Origin: an uncultured bacterium
Lineage (GTDB): Bacteria; Planctomycetota; Phycisphaerae; UBA1845
Direction: 5' to 3'
Assembly (NCBI GenBank): GCA_965371825.1
Contig: CBDUZY010000001.1
Coordinates: 1-32,268 of the forward strand
Length of the DNA: 32,268 bases
A program made the position numbers and the translations under genes. This document shows, piece after piece, positions 8,397-19,679 of the stretch. A model generated the notes under the pieces. It was given only the letters and a program-made list of their open reading frames with translations, ran no database searches and had not been told where the DNA came from. Position 1 is the first letter of the stretch. The number at the start of each line of letters is the position of its first letter.

Positions 8397-8708
8397 CTAG
8401 AACAGATCGATGTGGTGGTCCGCATGCAGCACCACCACCGCCTTTTTCCAGTCCGCCGTCTTTCCCGTCTTGTATCGCACCCGGCGAGCCTTGCCTTTAC
8501 GCATCGCCGTGCGGACGGAAAGAACCCTCACGTTGTAGATCTTCTCGATCGCCTGCTTGATCGTCGGCTTCGAAGCGTTGCGGTGAACCTCGAAGGCATA
8601 CGACCCGCCGCGGGCCGGCCGTGTTCGCGACGCCCCCTGCGACAGCGAAGCCTGGTGCGTACCCTTTTCCGTCACCAGCGGTCGCTTGATTACGTGATAA
8701 ATATCCAT
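8397..8708 (-). CDS. rplW: 50S ribosomal protein L23
   Basis: 103-aa ORF with ATG start, L23-like sequence (VIKRPLVTEKG...KIYNVRVLSVRT) and conserved position. Confidence 0.94.
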   Translation of the reverse strand: MDIYHVIKRPLVTEKGTHQASLSQGASRTRPARGGSYAFEVHRNASKPTIKQAIEKIYNVRVLSVRTAMRKGKARRVRYKTGKTADWKKAVVVLHADHHIDLF

Positions 8709-8723
8709 CGCGACCGCTCGCCC

Positions 8724-9362
8724 CTACTTCCCTTCGTTCGCGACACCGCCGCCACTTAGGCGCTCGAACGCCGGCTTCGTGAAAATCAAGCACGGCCGAC
8801 GCAACACCTCGTAGGCGTTCAGATCGTCAACTACGCGGATGTCCGTATTAGCCAAGTTCCGCCCGGACCGATAGGCGTTCTCGTTCGCCTGATGCATGGC
8901 GACTAGGCACCCCCGCTTGACGCCCAGGGCGGCAAGCATCGTCGCGAACACCTTGGTCTTCGGTTCGGGGCAATCCAGCTCTTCCAGAATCATCACCTCG
9001 TTCGCCTGGATCTTGGCGAGGATCGCGCTGTAGCAGGCCAAGCGGCGCATCTTTTTCGGAAATCCCTTGAACGCCCTGGGGCCTCGCTTCCCGAAGGTCC
9101 TTCCGCCGCCGCGTCGGATCGGTGTCCTGATCGCTCCGGCCCGGGCGTTTCCGGTTCCCTTCTGGCGGTAGAGCTTGCGAGTCGACCCCTCGACGTCGCT
9201 TCGACGTTTGGTGCGCGCACTGTCTTGCCGTTGATGGTCCAGGTAGGCAACGATGGCCTGTTTGATGAGGCGCGGACGAACCAGTCCGCCGAGACACTCG
9301 GGGTCGATTTCGACCTCGCCCGCCTGCTCGCCCTTCATGTTGAATACCGGAACCGCCAACAA
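8724..9362 (-). CDS. rplD: 50S ribosomal protein L4
   Basis: 212-aa ORF carrying YRQKGTGNARAGAIRTPIRRGGGRTFG. It has an apparent TTG start 6 nt after the rplC stop, so the exact start is uncertain. Confidence 0.93.
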   Translation of the reverse strand: MLAVPVFNMKGEQAGEVEIDPECLGGLVRPRLIKQAIVAYLDHQRQDSARTKRRSDVEGSTRKLYRQKGTGNARAGAIRTPIRRGGGRTFGKRGPRAFKGFPKKMRRLACYSAILAKIQANEVMILEELDCPEPKTKVFATMLAALGVKRGCLVAMHQANENAYRSGRNLANTDIRVVDDLNAYEVLRRPCLIFTKPAFERLSGGGVANEGK

Positions 9363-9368
9363 CAGAAA

Positions 9369-10019
9369 CTATCCCTTCTTCTTGGACTGGCGAATCATAA
9401 CCAACGATCCGTTTGGCCCGGGAATACTACCTCTGATCACCATCAGGTCGTGTTCGGCGTCCACCTTGATCAGCCTAAGCGAGCTTGAGGTACGGCGAAC
9501 ACTGCCCATATGCCCTGCCATATGCTTGCCCTTCTTGATCCCACGGCCGGTACCACCGGGAGCGTGCGACCCGATGCCGCCCGGAGAACGATGCTTCCGC
9601 TCCGTTCCGTGCGACGCGCACAAACCCCCGAAACCGTGGCGCTTCATACCGCCGGCAAAGCCCTTGCCCTTGGTGATGCCGGTGACATCAACGTGCCCAA
9701 CCGACTCCTGGGTGAACTGCTCGACCGTTATTACGTCGCCCGGCGAAACCTCGGCCGGTTCCAAGAGCCTGATCTCACGGACTACCCGCTTGGGACCGGC
9801 ACCCGCCTTGGCCGCGTGGCCGATCATCGGCTTTGTCGATCGATGCGGCTTGGCGTCGCCGAAACCCAGCTGGATCGCGTCGTATCCATCGCTCTCGTTT
9901 CGCTTGACCTGCAGGACCACACACGGTCCGGCCTTGACGACCGTCACCGTCTCCATCACGCCGCGCTCGCCCAGAACGCGCGTCATACCGATCTTGGTTC
10001 CCAGCAGTCCTGCCGCCAT
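9369..10019 (-). CDS. rplC: 50S ribosomal protein L3
   Basis: Trimmed to ATG 10019 (MAAGLLGTKIGMTRVL, matching the usual L3 N-terminus). The track ORF begins at GTG 10076. Confidence 0.93.
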   Translation of the reverse strand: MAAGLLGTKIGMTRVLGERGVMETVTVVKAGPCVVLQVKRNESDGYDAIQLGFGDAKPHRSTKPMIGHAAKAGAGPKRVVREIRLLEPAEVSPGDVITVEQFTQESVGHVDVTGITKGKGFAGGMKRHGFGGLCASHGTERKHRSPGGIGSHAPGGTGRGIKKGKHMAGHMGSVRRTSSSLRLIKVDAEHDLMVIRGSIPGPNGSLVMIRQSKKKG

Positions 10020-10176
10020 ACGGAAATCCCAGTCTCGCCGAGAGCACCTCGAACGAGATCGCTCCATTCCCAACACGTGCGATCAAACTCACACGTAGTT
10101 AACTGTCTAAACCGAGAGGACACGTTACCGAGCCCGAGAAAGAGCCCGGAGCCAAACCGTCAAAGAAGCCCACTCG

Positions 10177-10488
10177 CTATGTCTTGATCTTCACGAACAC
10201 ACCGGCGGGCACCTGGATGCGGTTAATCGCCTCGACCGTCCGCGCCGTCGGCTCGCTGATGTCGATAATGCGCTTGTGCGTCCGCATCTCAAACTGCTCT
10301 CGCGATTTCTTGTCAATGTGGGGACCGCGAAGCACCGTGTAGCGCTCGATCCGCGTGGGCAGTGGAATCGGACCGTGCACCTTGGCACTGGTCCTCTTCG
10401 CGTGCTCAACGATCTCTTGCGCCGACGCGTCCAACGCTCGGTGATCATACGCTTCCATGCGAATGCGGATTCGGTTCTTTGCGCTCAC
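10177..10488 (-). CDS. rpsJ: 30S ribosomal protein S10
   Basis: 103-aa ORF with GTG start and canonical S10 sequence ([16 protein letters not shown]...). Confidence 0.96.
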   Translation of the reverse strand: MSAKNRIRIRMEAYDHRALDASAQEIVEHAKRTSAKVHGPIPLPTRIERYTVLRGPHIDKKSREQFEMRTHKRIIDISEPTARTVEAINRIQVPAGVFVKIKT

Positions 10489-10523
10489 GCGTCGTCAACC
10501 CTTCCATCAGGAGCTTAGTCAGC

Positions 10524-10542
10524 CGCTATCCTCAAGATAGCG
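10524..10542 (-). promoter_or_regulatory. 7-bp stem / 5-nt loop hairpin in the predicted rpsJ 5' UTR
   Basis: Transcript strand: CGCTATC-TTGAG-GATAGCG. It lies between the predicted promoter (10554..10581) and the rpsJ GTG. Confidence 0.4.
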
Positions 10543-10553
10543 ACAGACCCGTT

Positions 10554-10581
10554 AGCATACGCCTCCGGAACATGCTGTCAA
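10554..10581 (-). promoter_or_regulatory. Sigma-70-type promoter candidate for the S10/spc operons
   Basis: The minus strand reads TTGACA (10581..10576), a 16-nt spacer, then TATGCT (10559..10554). This is about 65 nt upstream of the rpsJ start, inside the 264-nt fusA-rpsJ spacer. Confidence 0.55.
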
Positions 10582-10752
10582 CACCAATTCCCAGGCAACT
10601 TCCGCGCTTCTGATTGCCGCTGGACTCGGCGACGGCAACCTCCTTCCGCGCGAGATGCGTCTCCAACCGTCGTGTTCGGCCCTCCGCAACGGACAGCGTC
10701 GCCCGATAAACTATGGCACCACTGACGTTCGTGCGCCCACATCGAATGTACG

Positions 10753-12822
10753 TCACCCGACCAGGGCCTTGGCCTCGGCCGCCGGGACGGGTGCATAGTG
10801 TGCCGGGGTCATTGACGACGTGGCGCGACCTTGGGAGAGGCTTCGGAGCTTGGTGACGTAGCCGAACATCTGCGCCAGCGATACCTCAGCGGAGATCACC
10901 CGGGCCTGGCCACGGGCCGAGGTATTCCGAACCAGGGCTTTCCGGGCGTTGAGGTCGGCCATGATCGCCCCGAGATACTCCTCGGAGGTCACGACCTCGA
11001 CGTCCATGATCGGCTGGAGAAGCACGGGCCCCGCAGCGTTCAAAGCGTTGTGAAAGGCGACGTGGGCCGCGCTCTCGAACGCCGTCTCCGAGCTCTCCGT
11101 CTGATGTTGCCTGGCCCCGATGATAGTCGCCTTCCAGTCGATCACGGGGTATCCGCCCAGCGTACCGCTTTGGGCTGCCCCGGTGATGCCCAACTCGACG
11201 GCGGCGGCGAACTCCGGTGCGAGTGCCTCGTAGCCCACGGTGTTTACCACCGTTGGCCCTTTGCCCCTACCGTCTTTCGGCAGGGGCTCCAACCGCAGGC
11301 GAACGACCGCGAAGTGATTTCGGCCGCCGATCTGGCGAGCGAACCTACCCTCGCCCTCGCCGACCCCCTCAACCGTTTCTCTGTACGAGACGCGTGGTTT
11401 TCCGACGATGACATCCACGTTCATCCCGGTCCGCAGCCGGTGCATTACGACCTCGAGGTGCAACTCGCCCATCCCCGAGACCAGCGTCTGTCCCGTCTCG
11501 CTGTTGATTGTGACGCTGATCGTCGGATCCTGCCGCTCGAGGGCGTTTAGGGCATCGAGGAGTTTGTCGCGATCGCGTGAGGAGCGGGGCTCTACCGAGA
11601 TGCTGATAACCGTCTCGGGGAACGTGATGGACTCCAATATGACGGGGTGTCGGGCGTCGCACAGTGTCTGCCCCGTGAGCGCCTCCTTCGGCCCGACGAC
11701 GGCGACGATATCACCGGCCACGGCTTCGTCGAGCTGGTCTCGTCGCTTGGCGAACATGCGATAAATCCGGCTTACGTTCTCTTTGTGCCCGGTAGACGTG
11801 TTGAGAAGGCGCACGTTCGGCTTGAGTGTGCCCGAATAGACACGCAGGAAGTACAGGTCGACCGGCTTTTCGGCGACGACCTTGAAAACCAGCGCCGCAA
11901 CCGGACCGGATGGGTCGCCGGAGAGTTCGCGCTCGACGCCCTCCCGCGTGGGGTCTTCGGCTTTTACCGGCGGAACGTCAAGAGGACTGGGAAGATAGTC
12001 GCACACGGCGTCCAACATTCGCTGGACCCCGATGTAGCGGAGTGCACTACCGCACAAAACGGGGTAGAGGGTCCGGGACAGCGTGCTTCGGCGCACGGCC
12101 GACCGGATGGATTCCGCATCGACCGGCTCGTTATGGACGTACTTCTCCATCAAGTCGTCGCAGTGTTCGCAAAGAGTCTCCAACAGCATGTGTCGTCCGC
12201 GTTCCGCCGCGGCGCAAAGGTCATCCGGAATCTCTCGTACCTCGAACGACGAACCCAGTGCCTCCCGGCTGTAGTAGACGGCCTTCATCTCGACCAGATC
12301 GATGAGGCCTTCGAAACTCCCGGCCGCCCCGATCGGAAGCTGAAGCTGAAGCGGATTGGCACCGAGCCGCTTACGAATCGAGTCCACGCTGCGCTCGAAG
12401 TCGGCCCCTACGCAATCCATCTTGTTGATGAAACACAGGCGCGGTACACCGTACTTGTCTGCTTGGCGCCAGACGGTCTCGGACTGGGCCTCGACCCCTT
12501 CCTTGGCGTCGAAGACAGCCACCATCCCGTCGAGAACACGAAGAGACCTCTCGACCTCCGCCGTGAAGTCGACGTGCCCGGGCGTGTCTATCAGGTTGAT
12601 CGTGTGACCGCGCCAGGGACAGCTTACCGCGGCTGAGTAGATCGTAATCCCTCGAGTCTGTTCCTGTTCATCGAAATCGGTCGTAGTGGTGCCGGCGTCG
12701 ACCTCGCCCATGCGGTGAGTCCTACGCGCATAGTAGAGGATGCGCTCGGTCGTCGTGGTCTTCCCGGCGTCGATGTGGGCGGCTATCCCGATGTTGCGAA
12801 CCGTAGCGAGGTCGATACTCAT
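10753..12822 (-). CDS. fusA: Elongation factor G family GTPase (str-operon copy, divergent)
   Basis: Trimmed to ATG 12822 (MSIDLATVRNIGIAAHIDAGKTTTTERILYY). G motifs AHIDAGKTT, RGITI, DTPGH and NKMD are present, and all five EF-G domains are recognisable. Position after rpsG. Confidence 0.92.
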   Translation of the reverse strand: MSIDLATVRNIGIAAHIDAGKTTTTERILYYARRTHRMGEVDAGTTTTDFDEQEQTRGITIYSAAVSCPWRGHTINLIDTPGHVDFTAEVERSLRVLDGMVAVFDAKEGVEAQSETVWRQADKYGVPRLCFINKMDCVGADFERSVDSIRKRLGANPLQLQLPIGAAGSFEGLIDLVEMKAVYYSREALGSSFEVREIPDDLCAAAERGRHMLLETLCEHCDDLMEKYVHNEPVDAESIRSAVRRSTLSRTLYPVLCGSALRYIGVQRMLDAVCDYLPSPLDVPPVKAEDPTREGVERELSGDPSGPVAALVFKVVAEKPVDLYFLRVYSGTLKPNVRLLNTSTGHKENVSRIYRMFAKRRDQLDEAVAGDIVAVVGPKEALTGQTLCDARHPVILESITFPETVISISVEPRSSRDRDKLLDALNALERQDPTISVTINSETGQTLVSGMGELHLEVVMHRLRTGMNVDVIVGKPRVSYRETVEGVGEGEGRFARQIGGRNHFAVVRLRLEPLPKDGRGKGPTVVNTVGYEALAPEFAAAVELGITGAAQSGTLGGYPVIDWKATIIGARQHQTESSETAFESAAHVAFHNALNAAGPVLLQPIMDVEVVTSEEYLGAIMADLNARKALVRNTSARGQARVISAEVSLAQMFGYVTKLRSLSQGRATSSMTPAHYAPVPAAEAKALVG

Positions 12823-12947
12823 GACCGATTCCCTGCACTCCTCCGCCGTAGCACGGGCGGACCACCGAAGCACACCGGCGCTCCGGCTACACAGCGAGCC
12901 CACCCGGCAAGTCGGGCGGGCTCTTCCACGAAAGTCACGACGCGCGG

Positions 12948-13424
12948 TTACCAGGCGAAGTGGGCGAATGCCTTGTTCGCCTCAGCCATCCGGTGAATGT
13001 TCTCACGGGTAGTCACGGCTGTCCCTTCGCCCTTCGCTGCGTCCATGATCTCCTGAGCGAGTGACTGGCTGACCGGTCGCCCCTTCTTCGCCCGGGCGGC
13101 CTCACGCAGCCAGCGAAACGCCAGAGACTGCTGGCGCTTGCGGTTGACCGGCATGGGCACCTGATAGTTGCTGCCGCCGACGCGCTTGGAGCGGACCTCC
13201 ACGTTGGGCTTGCAGCGAGCGATTGCCTGCTCGAACACCTCGAGCGGCGATTGATCCGACACGCGCTTGGCGACGATATCCATTGCGTTGTAGAAGACCC
13301 GCGTGGCGGTACTCTTCTGGCCGTCCCACATGATGCTGTTGATGAACTTGGAAACGAGCAGGCTCTCGAACCGGGTGTCCGGTTTCAACTGCGCCGACGA
13401 GTTCGTGAATTTCTTATAACCCAT
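12948..13424 (-). CDS. rpsG: 30S ribosomal protein S7
   Basis: 158-aa ORF with ATG start and S7-like sequence (...[19 protein letters not shown]...KAFAHFAW). Confidence 0.96.
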   Translation of the reverse strand: MGYKKFTNSSAQLKPDTRFESLLVSKFINSIMWDGQKSTATRVFYNAMDIVAKRVSDQSPLEVFEQAIARCKPNVEVRSKRVGGSNYQVPMPVNRKRQQSLAFRWLREAARAKKGRPVSQSLAQEIMDAAKGEGTAVTTRENIHRMAEANKAFAHFAW

Positions 13425-13502
13425 AGCTAATGCCGATCCGTAGACCGTTCCACCTCAATCGGGCGACCAGCCCGACACATAACCTAACCAGTTTACGCGG
13501 AC

Positions 13503-14102
13503 CTAGATACCGCTCACGGCCCTCCGTCGATTACGCCGTCCACGCAGCTTCAGGCACACGCCCACAGCCAGGAGCAACTCAACCAACGCCTTCATGGCGA
13601 ACGGAAGGAAGCCCGTCGCCACCGCCAACCGGAGGTCGCCGCCGAACCACACAACCTGCCAACCTACCCCGATAGCAAACACGACAATCAAGCCGATCGC
13701 CCCGGCTACGAGCAACCGAGCAGCCCCAGCCGACTCGTCTCCGCGGAACACACTCACCAACCATGCGGCCCCGACGAATCCGACTATGTACCCGCCCGTC
13801 GGACCCATGACACCCAGCGAACCAGCGCAGAACACGGGAAGCCCCAGCGTCCCCAGCGCCAAGTACGCGAGCATCGCCCCCGCCGCCGGACCGGGACGGA
13901 GCATCAGTCCCGCAAGCAGAACCGCCAATAGCTGCAACGTCATGGGCACTACTGTGCCGGGCACGGGAATCCGAACCTGGGCCGCGAGGGCGGTCAGCAG
14001 GCAGAAACCCGCCACGCCGAGCAGCGTGCGACCCGCGCTATGCACAGCAACCGACCTGCCTACCGCACTCTCAAACACAGCTTCCGAGTCCGTGGTCCGC
14101 AA
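13503..14102 (-). CDS. bioY: BioY-family biotin transporter (ECF S-component-like), polytopic membrane protein
   Basis: 199-aa hydrophobic ORF with BioY hallmarks: AQVRIPVPGTVVPMTLQLLAVLLAG...LGLPVF..G......GPTGGYIVGF. TTG start at 14102 is preceded by AAGGAG plus a 9-nt spacer, 41 nt after the rpsL stop. Confidence 0.85.
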   Translation of the reverse strand: MRTTDSEAVFESAVGRSVAVHSAGRTLLGVAGFCLLTALAAQVRIPVPGTVVPMTLQLLAVLLAGLMLRPGPAAGAMLAYLALGTLGLPVFCAGSLGVMGPTGGYIVGFVGAAWLVSVFRGDESAGAARLLVAGAIGLIVVFAIGVGWQVVWFGGDLRLAVATGFLPFAMKALVELLLAVGVCLKLRGRRNRRRAVSGI

Positions 14103-14143
14103 CGAAACATTCTCCTTAGGCCAAACCCAACTGACGCTCGCAA

Positions 14144-14533
<390 letters not shown>

Positions 14534-14580
14534 CGATTCTCTCTACAGCCTTGTGTCGCTCATCGCGACGTTCCAACTAC

Positions 14581-14605
14581 ACAAAAGCGTCCAAGTCCTC
14601 CGGAC
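14581..14605 (-). terminator. Weak hairpin plus U-tract immediately after the rpoC stop (possible partial terminator)
   Basis: Transcript strand: GTCCGG-AGGAC-TTGGAC (4 GC/AU pairs plus 2 GU pairs), followed by GCUUUUGUGU. The stem is weak, so this is a low-confidence call. Confidence 0.25.
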
Positions 14606-19021
<4,416 letters not shown>

Positions 19022-19114
19022 CGGCGGTCAGTCCTCTTCTGGAATCACTTGCCATTGCAGGCTCTTCCGGCATACTCGACAAAGCACACTTCCAGCGTCC
19101 TATCCCTCGTGCCC

Positions 19115-19606
19115 TCATGCTACACTGCCGGACGTCGCAACGACCGGCGACAGCGTAGCACCGGCGAGGAGCTCCAACACCTCCACCCCGTGCTGTTTCT
19201 TGAAACCCAGCTCTTCACAGAAGTCCACCTCCGTCCCGTATGCGATGGCGTCGACGCGTTCGACACCGTACTCCCTAAGCGCCGCAATCACGCGCCTGGC
19301 CATCTCTCGGGCTATACCGGAGGCGTCGTGCTCGATGCGACCGTCCGTCCTCGTCACGCACGCGGGTCCCTGGTAGGCGGGATCCAGCTTGCACTCCGCC
19401 AATCTTCCCCACAGACCGTCCGTTACTCCGCGGGCAAGACCGATCAGCTCTCCGTCATGTCGCGCCGTCACGATGCAGAAGGTGTTCCGGAGCATCTTGT
19501 CGATCTTCGTCCGTTCGTGCGTCGTTTCGTGGTGCTGTCGGCCATAGAACGCCAACAGCTCCTCCGGAGCGGGCTTGTTCGTGGAGTATGTGATTCCGGT
19601 GAACAT
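19115..19606 (-). CDS. GNAT-like N-acyltransferase (163 aa) inserted between rpoB and rpoC
   Basis: ATG 19606 is preceded by AAAGGAG plus an 8-nt spacer. GNAT-like segments are CIVTARHDGELIGLARGV, LDPAYQG, GIAREMARRVIAALREYGVERVDAIAY and FCEELGFKK. The family assignment is by eye only. Confidence 0.6.
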   Translation of the reverse strand: MFTGITYSTNKPAPEELLAFYGRQHHETTHERTKIDKMLRNTFCIVTARHDGELIGLARGVTDGLWGRLAECKLDPAYQGPACVTRTDGRIEHDASGIAREMARRVIAALREYGVERVDAIAYGTEVDFCEELGFKKQHGVEVLELLAGATLSPVVATSGSVA

Positions 19607-19679
19607 CTCATTCACTCCTTTTCGTGGCCATCGGTTCCCGTTAGACGCCACGGCGTCAACGGTCGGTGACAACACCTGA

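Noticed and set aside
10532-10756. 74-aa minus-strand ORF in the fusA-rpsJ spacer.
   Set aside because: It overlaps the fusA stop and runs through the predicted promoter and leader hairpin. It has no SD or homology signal, so it is probably a chance open frame.
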